A DNA stretch of 32,000 bases from Gemmata obscuriglobus. GTDB taxonomy: Bacteria; Planctomycetota; Planctomycetia; Gemmatales; Gemmataceae. The translations under genes and the position numbers were made by a program. The notes below the pieces were generated by a model that saw nothing but the letters and a program-made list of their open reading frames with translations, searched no databases and was not told the DNA's origin. How positions within the stretch are numbered: position 1 is the stretch's first letter; the number at the start of each line of letters is the position of its first letter. Shown piece by piece: positions 25,071 through 32,000 of this stretch. The stretch lies in the NCBI RefSeq assembly GCF_008065095.1, contig NZ_CP042911.1:3030001-3062000 (forward strand), read 5' to 3'.

Positions 25071-27725
25071 ATGAAATTGTCTCGGTCGAAGGTGCTGCTG
25101 ACCCTGATGGTTCTCGGCACGACAGGCTTTGGGGTCGGTGGAGTGTACTGGCTGCTGGCCAAACCTCGCCACGAGAAGGCTACCGAGCAAACGTTCCGCG
25201 ATACTGAACGTGACGGATCAGCTACACCTGTCACGCCCAATTCCGAGTCTCCTTCTGCCGGCACGCCGAAGGCGGCCAGTACCGAGAGAAGACTGTTCCC
25301 GTTCCGCCGGGTAGTGGCCATCGTCATCGGGATTAACAATTACCCGCACCTCACGGGCACAGCTAACTTGGCGTGTGCCGAATCCGACGCTCGATCGGTT
25401 GGTGACCTGCTCGACCGCCATTACGGCTACCAGATCGTCCCACTCCTCGGGGCACAGGCTACCAAAGCGGCCATTGAGACAGCCATCCAGAAAAATGGCC
25501 GAGAGCTGGGCGAACGCGATGCACTGGTCGTTTACTTCGCCGGACATGGTCAGGTGATTGAGTTGGCGGGACATGGTGAGGCGGGGTACCTCATCCCGGC
25601 AGACGCTCGCCTCGATCTGAAAGACGCTAGAGATGCGTCTCGCTGGGCGGAGCAGGCGATTGACATGCAGCAGTTGACCGCCCAAATGGAAGAGGCGACC
25701 GCCCAGCACACGGTCTTCATTGCTGACGCCTGTTGCAGCGGGTACATGACAGCACGCGGTTCTCTAGAGCGCTGGGACCTGAAGAACTTCTTGACTGGCA
25801 AATCACGCACGGTGATTACCGCGACCAACCGCCGTCAACTCGCGCGGGAGGACGCAACCGGTAAGCACGGGTATTTCACCGCCGCTCTACTCAACGAGTT
25901 AAGCAAGACCGACGCGGCCAGCGTGCTCGACATCTACTACCCGCTATCGCGGGTCGTCCCCGAGAAAGTTAACGGCAACATGCAGCCGCAGTTTGCGCAG
26001 TTCGGCGAGGGAACCGGCATGTTCGTTTTCATCCCGATGTCGATTCCGAAGGAAGAAATCGAAAGCGATCTGAACGCCGAGAACGCTACCTTACTCGCCA
26101 ACCGTAACGCGGGCGTCGCCGGGGTAATTAATCGCGCCGCCAACCAGGCCAAGCAGAAAACCACCTACGCGGAGTTCCTCGCCGCCCTCGCCGCAACCGA
26201 ATACCGTTTTGCCGTGAACGCGGAAGAGCAGCGCCAGGGCTGGGAACAAAAGTTCGCCCGCTACCATCGGAACGCACTGATGGGTGATGTGTGGGCGATG
26301 GCGGCATTGTGCTGCTGTTACGAGAAGGGTCTCGGAGTCGAGAAGGACTTGGCTCAAGTTGTCTATTGGGCACGGCAAGCAAATCGGGTGCGGCAGTCAC
26401 CGGGCGTGGGAAGCTATCTGATAGGGTACTGCTACAACAAAGGGTACATTACGCCGAATTCGGAAGCCCGTTCCAAAGAGCAAGCAAAGCGTCTTTTCGC
26501 AGAGAGTGCGATGAAAGGGTTCGGGCCGGCCCAGTTGGCGCACGCCGGAAATCTTTACGGCGACGGTACGCAGCTCTCCCGGGATCAGCGGCAAGCAGTA
26601 TACGATCTACTTGAAAAAGCGGTCGCCGAGGGTGTACTCCTTGCGAACGTTGAGCTTGGGCTTTGCTTGCTCGAGGACAACCTCCGGTCGGCGGACGCCA
26701 AACTGGAGGCCCGCGCCATCCAGCTGCTGGAGTCGGCTGCGAGCAAAGGGTTCTCCCGAGCTCACTTTTTTTTGTCTCAACTCTACAGTGGCCAGTCTGT
26801 GCGTGGCAAAGCTCTTCTCACTGCGAGAGATTTCAAGAAGGCGAGATCCCACCTCTTACAGGCATGTGAAGCGGGCCACGCGACGGCTCTCCTTGGACTT
26901 GGTACGCTTTATTTTACCGGTGATGCCAATTGGGGCATAGCCAAAGATCTCCCTCGCGCATTCGAATTTTTCGAGCAGGCGGGGGAGCTCGGCGAAGCGA
27001 CTGCTCTATGCCTATCTGCTCTAATGCTGGCCGATGGGTCGGGTGGCATTAAAGACCCAGAGAAAGCGAAAGCAAGACTCGAGCAAGCTGTCAAATACGG
27101 GGCTCCGGAATCGGATTTCATGCTGGGCAAATGGTACCAAACCGGCAAAGTGTACCAACGGAGTGATGAGCAAGCCCTCGCTGCCTTTCGCCGTGGGGCC
27201 GACAAAGGCCACGCTGGGAGCTGTTTTCACGCCGGCCTGATGTACCTCAAGGGTGAAGGGTTCAAGGCCAAATGGCAGAGTGAAGGAGGCTTCCATACTG
27301 AATGGCATATGGGCCTCCATTATTTTGTTGAGTCGTCGCGAAGCGGCCAACCAGATGCGGCCCGCCAAACAACCATAAATAAATGGATGCTAGATTTCAC
27401 CCGCTATCTCGAAGGCGGTGCATTTAGCAAAGAAATCGACCAAGCACTTAATACCAACCCATCGAGCGTGGACGCTTTCGGCCCTAAATCTCCCCCCGGT
27501 GGGAACAAGCAAGGCTCACGCGGTCAGCGTCAGGAAATAGTGATTCACAGCGGAATTTCATTTTCGTCACTTCGTGGCAATTTGATCGTCGAGGCCACAC
27601 AGGTTGCAAAGCAGTGGAGGACCGAGAATCCCGACAGCTTTAAGTACTTCTGCAGCAAGTGGGGAGTCGATCCGGACTCATTGGAAGTGAAGGAAAAAGC
27701 TGCCCCCAAACAAAAGACGCCATAG
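25071..27725 (+). CDS. N-terminally membrane-anchored caspase-like (peptidase C14, orthocaspase) protein with a long Sel1-like repeat region
   Basis: TM helix VLLTLMVLGTTGFGVGGVYWLL. Caspase fold markers: VAIVIGINNY, catalytic His in VVYFAGHGQ (H159), catalytic Cys in VFIADACCSGY (C221). Multiple Sel1-type units follow (e.g. AMAALCCCYEKGLGVEKDLAQVVYWARQA; LGTLYFTGDANWGIAKDLPRAFEFFEQA; MLGKWYQTGKVYQRSDEQALAAFRRGA). Confidence 0.85.
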   Translation: MKLSRSKVLLTLMVLGTTGFGVGGVYWLLAKPRHEKATEQTFRDTERDGSATPVTPNSESPSAGTPKAASTERRLFPFRRVVAIVIGINNYPHLTGTANLACAESDARSVGDLLDRHYGYQIVPLLGAQATKAAIETAIQKNGRELGERDALVVYFAGHGQVIELAGHGEAGYLIPADARLDLKDARDASRWAEQAIDMQQLTAQMEEATAQHTVFIADACCSGYMTARGSLERWDLKNFLTGKSRTVITATNRRQLAREDATGKHGYFTAALLNELSKTDAASVLDIYYPLSRVVPEKVNGNMQPQFAQFGEGTGMFVFIPMSIPKEEIESDLNAENATLLANRNAGVAGVINRAANQAKQKTTYAEFLAALAATEYRFAVNAEEQRQGWEQKFARYHRNALMGDVWAMAALCCCYEKGLGVEKDLAQVVYWARQANRVRQSPGVGSYLIGYCYNKGYITPNSEARSKEQAKRLFAESAMKGFGPAQLAHAGNLYGDGTQLSRDQRQAVYDLLEKAVAEGVLLANVELGLCLLEDNLRSADAKLEARAIQLLESAASKGFSRAHFFLSQLYSGQSVRGKALLTARDFKKARSHLLQACEAGHATALLGLGTLYFTGDANWGIAKDLPRAFEFFEQAGELGEATALCLSALMLADGSGGIKDPEKAKARLEQAVKYGAPESDFMLGKWYQTGKVYQRSDEQALAAFRRGADKGHAGSCFHAGLMYLKGEGFKAKWQSEGGFHTEWHMGLHYFVESSRSGQPDAARQTTINKWMLDFTRYLEGGAFSKEIDQALNTNPSSVDAFGPKSPPGGNKQGSRGQRQEIVIHSGISFSSLRGNLIVEATQVAKQWRTENPDSFKYFCSKWGVDPDSLEVKEKAAPKQKTP

Positions 27726-27734
27726 CCGCAGTGT

Positions 27735-27766
27735 GTGGCAGAGAAGTGGCAGAGTTCGTGGCAGAG
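27735..27766 (+). repeat. Three direct GTGGCAGAG repeats spaced 11-12 bp apart (candidate recombinase/RDF arm-type sites)
   Basis: Copies at 27735-27743, 27746-27754 and 27758-27766, i.e. one helical turn apart, ~125 bp upstream of the tRNA-derived core. Confidence 0.45.
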
Positions 27767-27889
27767 AACCCGTAGCAAACCCGGCAAAACGCGGTAAACT
27801 ATAGAGAAGTGCCGTCCGCCGGACTGGTACCTGTCACACTCGAAAGTGCCTAGTTTTCAAGCGTTTCAACCGAGCTGGCGAACCTGAGA

Positions 27890-27940
27890 CGTTGCGGCTG
27901 TTAACCGCTAGGTTCTTGGTTCGAATCCAAGTCGGGGAGC
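27890..27940 (+). other. 3' half of a tRNA-Asn(GUU) gene (anticodon arm to acceptor 3' strand); att-type core / junction between two islands
   Basis: GCGG-CTGTTAA-CCGC anticodon arm (GTT). T arm CTTGG-TTCGAAT-CCAAG. Acceptor 3' strand TCGGGGA + G. No complementary 5' acceptor strand (T-YYYY-G-R) or D-arm can be found upstream, so it is not an intact tRNA. Confidence 0.6.
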
Positions 27941-28049
27941 TGACAGAAGTCCTTTCGCCGAAGCTACTTAGCTTACCTCCCGGCGTTCGGGAGCGCGGTC
28001 TCTGGATGCCGAGTTTTGCGGGAACTCCCGCAATACAAGAGGTGTCAGA

Positions 28050-29381
28050 ATGCCGCGTCCGAAGAATCCCATCCCCACGCCCCGCTGCCACAAAAACCGG
28101 GCCGTCATCGATTTCTATGATGGCGGCAAACGTCGCACCGTCACCCTCGGCCCTTGGGGTTCGCCCGAGGCCGAACGGGAATTCGCGCGAATCCTCGCCG
28201 AAGTTGCGGCCACACCGGATCGGTCCGTCGGATCCAACCCGACGGTCAACGAGGTGCTCCTCGCGTTCCTCCGCTGGGCCGACGGGTACTACCGCACCCC
28301 GGACGGAAAGCCCACCCACGAGGTCGTCGAGTTGCGGCTCTCGGCACGCCCGGTGCGCGAGCTGTACGGGCACACCCCGGCCCGCGAGTTCGGCCCCAAG
28401 GCCCTGACCGCGGTCCGACAGCAGATGATCGACGCGGGGCTCAGCCGCACCCTCATCAACCGCCGCGCCGACCGCATCAAGCGCGTGTTCAAGTGGGCCT
28501 CGTCGGAAGAACTCGTGCCGGTGGCGGTGTACCAGGCGCTTCGCACCGTCACCGGGTTGCGGCGCGGGCGGACCGAGGCCCGCGAGAGCAAGCCCGTCGG
28601 ACCCGTGGACGGCGCCACCGTCGATGCCACATTGCCTCGACTCGACGCCCACCTGCGCGCCATGATCGAGCTCCAGCGGTTCACGGGCATGCGCCCCGGC
28701 GAGGCGTGCGGGTTCCGACTCGCACAGGTGGACCGCACCGGGGAGGTGTGGTTCTACCGGCCCGAGCGGCACAAGACCGCGCACCACGGGCGTGGGCGGG
28801 TGATCCCGATCGGCCCGAAGGCCCGCGCCGCTCTGCTCGCATTCCTGCTCCGCGACGGTCCGCCGCCCGCCGGGTTCGTACCGCCCGCCCCGGGCGACGA
28901 CACCGCGCGGCTGGTGCTCGTGGACGCGTACCAGGAAGCGGGCCGGGAGCGTGACGCGGCTCTGCTCCGCGATCTCGCGCGGCCCATCGTGTTCATCGCC
29001 GGGTGTGTCGTGGACCCGGGCGCTCCGCTGTTCAGCCCCGCCGTGGCCCGCGAGGAGCGGTTCAAGGCCGCGCGGAAGAACCGTAAGAGCAAGGTGCCCC
29101 CGTCACAGCAGAATCGACGCAAGGGCGCCCCCGAGCGCGTACCGGGAGCCGAGTTCACGGTGACCGCGTACGGGCACGCGATCCGCAAGGCGGCCGCCAA
29201 GGCCGGCGTGGCCCGCTGGCACCCGAACCAGCTGCGGCACACGTTCGGGACCGAGGTGCGGCGCGTGTACGGGTTGGAGGCGGCCCAGGTGCTGCTCGGG
29301 CACTCGCGGGCCGACGTGACCCAGGTGTACGCCGAACGCAACGAGTCCCTGGCCGCGGAAATTGCCGCGAAAATCGGTTGA
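28050..29381 (+). CDS. int: Tyrosine site-specific recombinase (integrase)
   Basis: Catalytic contexts FTGMRPGEA (Arg), RHKT (Lys), HPNQLRHTFGT (His-x-x-Arg region), LLGHSRADVTQVYAE (His, Tyr). It lies ~110 nt downstream of the tRNA-Asn fragment. Confidence 0.9.
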   Translation: MPRPKNPIPTPRCHKNRAVIDFYDGGKRRTVTLGPWGSPEAEREFARILAEVAATPDRSVGSNPTVNEVLLAFLRWADGYYRTPDGKPTHEVVELRLSARPVRELYGHTPAREFGPKALTAVRQQMIDAGLSRTLINRRADRIKRVFKWASSEELVPVAVYQALRTVTGLRRGRTEARESKPVGPVDGATVDATLPRLDAHLRAMIELQRFTGMRPGEACGFRLAQVDRTGEVWFYRPERHKTAHHGRGRVIPIGPKARAALLAFLLRDGPPPAGFVPPAPGDDTARLVLVDAYQEAGRERDAALLRDLARPIVFIAGCVVDPGAPLFSPAVAREERFKAARKNRKSKVPPSQQNRRKGAPERVPGAEFTVTAYGHAIRKAAAKAGVARWHPNQLRHTFGTEVRRVYGLEAAQVLLGHSRADVTQVYAERNESLAAEIAAKIG

Positions 29382-29398
29382 ACGGCGGCCCGACCGCG

Positions 29399-29430
29399 CC
29401 CCGCCGACGTCCGGCGGGGTGTTTTCGTTT
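29399..29430 (+). terminator. Rho-independent terminator after the integrase gene
   Basis: CCCCGCCG (29399-29406) / CGGCGGGG (29412-29419) with a 5-nt loop, then TGTTTTCGTTT. Confidence 0.55.
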
Positions 29431-29937
29431 CCGTCCGCCCGCGCGGCGGTTCGCATCACTTCGAAGCAACGGGGTCCAGCGCCCGAAGGCAAGCGGTCGG
29501 TGAACCGTCGCCGGGTTCGACAGAGATGGGGCGCACGCCACTCACGCACGTTTCTGCTTCCGGATTCTCGCGGATCAGCCCTTCTGCACCGAGCTTCCGC
29601 TTCGACGGCGAGGTGCTCCGGCATCTCCGGCATCTCCGGCCCCCCCGTTCCCCGCGCCCGAACCGTCTCACCCCGATCACCCTTCGACGCGAATACAGCT
29701 TACCGCTCGTATGTGCCGGTCCCGAAACAGCGGCACGTTAGGCAGACCTGACGGGTGTGCCGGACACCTCCCGCACACCGGTTGCGCGTCAAAACCGTCC
29801 CACTCGACGTCACCGGCAGCTTTTGGTGGGCAAGTTCTCGTTGCACGTATGCACACCGCTGGCGGCACGCACTTTGGTGCGATAAACAGTACGTACGCGG
29901 TTCAAGACGTGCCGCGGCTCAACTGGATGCGACCACC

Positions 29938-30630
29938 ATGACGGTGTCTCAGCAGTCCGATGGCATCACGTACCACATCGTGTCGGCCGGCCTCACGATC
30001 GAGCGGTCCGTCGCCGCGGTCGTCTCCGCCCTGGTCCGCGCGACCAGCCACCTGTCCCCCCTGTCCCTCGGGACCGCCCCCGCGGACCCGGGTGCGGACC
30101 AGCGGCGCCGCGAGTGGTCCGACGAACTCGAGACGCACTTCGCCGCGATGCGCCGCCGCGCCCGCCAGCTGTGCCCGCCGCCCATGCTGCCCCAGTTCGA
30201 GGACGACCTCACCGAGATCGAGGCCACGGTCCGCGGCGCGATCACCGGGCGGGTCGTGCTGTTCTGGGACCTGGACCAGCACGTCGAACAGGTGAAGGGG
30301 TTCGGGCGCCGCTGGGTGCCGTACATCGATCCGCCCCCGCCCCGCCTGCGGTGCGACGAGACCGACCGCTCGGTGCGGCTCGACGGGCGGGTGCTCGCCA
30401 CCGAGCTGAAGCGCGAGGAGTTCGCGTTCGTGCAGATGCTGGCCGCGCGGTACCCCGACCCGGTGCCGTGGCGGACCGTGACCAACGCGGCGCCCGGGTG
30501 CCGCGGCAAGAACCAGACCCGTGTGCTGAACGCGCTGCCGGCGGCGGTACGGAACCTCATCGAGAGCGACGCCACCGGGTACGCGCTGCGGCTCCCGCCG
30601 AAGTTGTCCACGGGTGTCCAGACGGCGTAG
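29938..30630 (+). CDS. Protein with a C-terminal OmpR/PhoB-type winged-helix DNA-binding-like domain
   Basis: RLRCDETDRSVRLDGRVLATELKREEFAFVQMLAARYPDPVPWRTV...RVLNALPAAVRNLIESDATGYALRL follows the trans_reg_C pattern. The ATG at 29938 is preferred to the 29755 start. Confidence 0.55.
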   Translation: MTVSQQSDGITYHIVSAGLTIERSVAAVVSALVRATSHLSPLSLGTAPADPGADQRRREWSDELETHFAAMRRRARQLCPPPMLPQFEDDLTEIEATVRGAITGRVVLFWDLDQHVEQVKGFGRRWVPYIDPPPPRLRCDETDRSVRLDGRVLATELKREEFAFVQMLAARYPDPVPWRTVTNAAPGCRGKNQTRVLNALPAAVRNLIESDATGYALRLPPKLSTGVQTA

Positions 30631-30695
30631 ACACCGCGTGACACGGAAATGGGCGAAGATCCTTGCGTCCGGCAACACCCGACGCGAGGACCGAC

Positions 30696-31028
30696 ATGCT
30701 CGGCGACGAAGTGCTCATCTCCCTGGCCCAGGCCGCCGCCAAGTTCCCCGGGCACCGCGGGGCCGCGCGGCTGCACCCGGCCACCCTGACCCGCTGGATC
30801 CTCAACGGGGTCCGCGCCCGCGACGGCCGCCGGGTGAAGCTCGAGGCGGTCCGCGCCGGGACCCGCTGGCTCACCTCCGAGCCCGCGCTCCGGCGGTTCT
30901 CGGACGCGCTCGGCGGGTCCGACGGTTCGCATGCGACCGCCCCCGCCCCGTGCGGCCCCCGCTCCCCGACCGCCCGGCAGAAGGCCAGCGCCCGCGCCGC
31001 CGACGAGCTGCGCGCGATCGGCGCGTGA
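30696..31028 (+). CDS. Small HTH DNA-binding protein (excisionase/DUF1580-like)
   Basis: MLGDEVLISLAQAAAKFPGHRGAARLHPATLTRWILNGVRARDGRRVKLEAVRAGTRWLTSEPALRRF. ATG at 30696. Confidence 0.5.
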   Translation: MLGDEVLISLAQAAAKFPGHRGAARLHPATLTRWILNGVRARDGRRVKLEAVRAGTRWLTSEPALRRFSDALGGSDGSHATAPAPCGPRSPTARQKASARAADELRAIGA

Positions 31029-31148
31029 ACCGCTCCCCCGCGCGGCGGGGCGGTCCCGCCGCACACCATTTCCCGGCACCACCAAAAAGCACACCGGGCC
31101 GCGGGGAGAGCTGGCGAGCGTCCCGCGACCCGGTGCGACAAACACTTC

Positions 31149-32000
31149 ATGAAAACGGTACCCGACAGCGCCCGTTCCCGCAATCCCGGTTTGCTGCCGC
31201 AGCACCGGGCCGACCTGCACGCGTCCGGGCTCACCGACGGGCAGATCGCGGCGTGCGGGTTCTACTCCGAGAGCGACCCGGAGGTCGTCGCCGGGCTGCT
31301 CCGCGGTCACTTCACGCCGGCGCGGGCGGCGAAGCTCGGCCCGTGCCTGGCATTCCCGTACCACGCCCCCGAGGGCACCCCGACCGGGTACGTGCGGCTC
31401 AAACCCGACCGCCCGCGGACCCGCACGGGGGGCGACAAGGTCGTCAAGTACGAGGCCCCGGCCGGGGCCCCGAACCGCGCGTACCTGCCGCCGGGCACCC
31501 GCTCCGCGCTGGCCGATCCGACCGTCCCGCTGGTGCTCACCGAGGGCGAGAAGAAGGCGGCCGCCGCGGACCAGCACGGGTTCCCGTGCGTCGGGCTGAG
31601 CGGGGTGTGGGCGTGGCAGGTGAAGCGCCCGAAGGACCCGCACGGCCGCGGCACCGGGCCGCGGCAGCTGATCCCGGACCTGGCCCGGGTCGTCTGGGCC
31701 GGCCGCCCGGTGGTGCTGGCGTTCGACTCCGACGTCGCCTCCAACCCCCAGGTGCGGTGGGCCGAGTGGCACCTGGCCGAGGCGCTCCGGACCGCCGGGG
31801 CCGTGGTCCGCGTGCTGCGGTTCCCGGGCGGCCCGGCGGGCGAGAAGGTGGCGCTGGACGACGTCCTGGTCGGCCGCGGCGCGGGCGCGCTCCGCGACCT
31901 GATCCGCGGGGCCGGCCCGCCGGAGCCGCCGGCCCCCGACGGCGGCGGGCCGGAGATCGTGCTCGGGACCGACGAGCACCGGGTGAACGACGAGGCGGTG
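31149..32000 (+). CDS. DUF3854/Toprim-like domain protein (N-terminal part of an element replication/primase-type protein), truncated by the window end
   Basis: Hand translation from ATG 31149 stays open to nt 32000: MKTVPDSARSRNPGLLPQHRADLHASGLTDGQIAACGFYS...VKYEAPAG...PLVLTEGEKKAAAADQHGFPCVGLSGVWAW...VVLAFDSDVASNPQV... (TEGEKKA and DSD are Toprim-like acidic motifs). It is not in the ORF track because no stop occurs in the window. Confidence 0.65.
   Translation, partial: MKTVPDSARSRNPGLLPQHRADLHASGLTDGQIAACGFYSESDPEVVAGLLRGHFTPARAAKLGPCLAFPYHAPEGTPTGYVRLKPDRPRTRTGGDKVVKYEAPAGAPNRAYLPPGTRSALADPTVPLVLTEGEKKAAAADQHGFPCVGLSGVWAWQVKRPKDPHGRGTGPRQLIPDLARVVWAGRPVVLAFDSDVASNPQVRWAEWHLAEALRTAGAVVRVLRFPGGPAGEKVALDDVLVGRGAGALRDLIRGAGPPEPPAPDGGGPEIVLGTDEHRVNDEAV

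Larger units (their letters stand above)
9055..27940. mobile_element. Integrated plasmid-like mobilizable element (par, iteron ori, repA, relaxase-like, T4CP, methylase, cargo). The right end is at the tRNA-Asn fragment. The left end is undefined and may extend to ~230 to include the defence genes
   Basis: Co-location of plasmid maintenance, mobilization and accessory genes. The block terminates at a tRNA-derived att-like core. No intact tRNA or second core copy is visible in the window. Confidence 0.55.
27890..32000. mobile_element. Left end of a second integrative element (att core, integrase, regulators, DUF3854/Toprim protein), continuing beyond the window
   Basis: The integrase lies directly next to the tRNA-derived core. 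There is an abrupt rise in GC (by eye) from ~28,050 onward, and typical island-entry gene content. Confidence 0.5.

Noticed and set aside
27864-27940. Possible intact tRNA-Asn gene
   Set aside because: The anticodon arm, T arm and 3' acceptor strand are good. However, no upstream 7-mer can pair with TCGGGGA and no D-stem can be formed. I treat it as a 3' fragment (att core), not a functional tRNA. A tRNA predictor should confirm this.
27834-28787. 317-aa minus-strand ORF over the tRNA fragment and the integrase 5' half
   Set aside because: It is antisense to a clear tyrosine recombinase gene and crosses the tRNA-derived core. This is a GC-driven artefact.
29362-29751. 129-aa and 71-aa plus-strand ORFs in the 550-bp gap after the integrase gene
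   Set aside because: They are Arg/Pro/Ser-rich with no motifs, and they begin inside the integrase terminator region. The gap may hold regulatory DNA (it contains a short CCGGCATCT x2 tandem at about 29618-29640), but I cannot support a gene.
29949-31979. 676-aa minus-strand ORF spanning the wHTH, HTH and DUF3854 genes
   Set aside because: It is antisense to three plus-strand genes that have recognisable domains. Its sequence is Arg/Gly/Pro/Ala-rich low complexity, as expected for a stop-free antisense frame in ~70% GC DNA.

Overview
High-GC bacterial DNA. The gene content suggests a Planctomycetota/Gemmata-like host, but I could not verify this. No rRNA, intact tRNA or CRISPR array is present. 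The window reads as accessory, mobile DNA in three blocks.

(1) nt ~230-8950 is a defence-type island. It holds a PIN/Phd toxin-antitoxin pair. It also holds an overlapping AAA-ATPase + S8 peptidase operon with the architecture of the IetAS system, and a divergently transcribed 1099-aa SF2 helicase with a C-terminal nuclease-like module (Hna-like architecture).

(2) nt ~9050-27940 is an integrated plasmid-like, mobilizable element.
- Maintenance: ParA plus an RHH-type partner; a 1.3-kb non-coding region with two repeat families (about 12 CCCCCGG-N-CCGGGG motifs and 7 phased 19-bp iterons plus one isolated copy); an AT-rich stretch; and a RepA-type initiator.
- Long co-directional operon: an ECF sigma factor sits upstream on the opposite strand. 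The operon encodes an AT-hook/vWA protein, a membrane-anchored divergent Ser/Thr-kinase-like protein, a TrwC-like relaxase relative with substituted catalytic motifs, small membrane proteins, a type IV coupling protein, a coiled-coil membrane protein, an MT-A70 methyltransferase and an excisionase-like HTH.
- Terminal cargo: a compositionally mosaic cassette with an XRE-HTH protein, two proteins sharing a conserved 30-aa peptide module, and a membrane-anchored orthocaspase-Sel1 protein.

(3) A 3' half of tRNA-Asn(GUU), an att-like core, lies at ~27890-27940 and is preceded by three phased GTGGCAGAG repeats. It marks an abrupt rise in GC and the start of a second integrative element: tyrosine integrase, winged-helix regulator, small HTH and a DUF3854/Toprim-like protein truncated by the window edge.

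The most promising candidates for an undescribed system are the orthocaspase-Sel1/shared-module cassette and the vWA-kinase pair. All family calls rest on motifs read by eye. No database search was possible.
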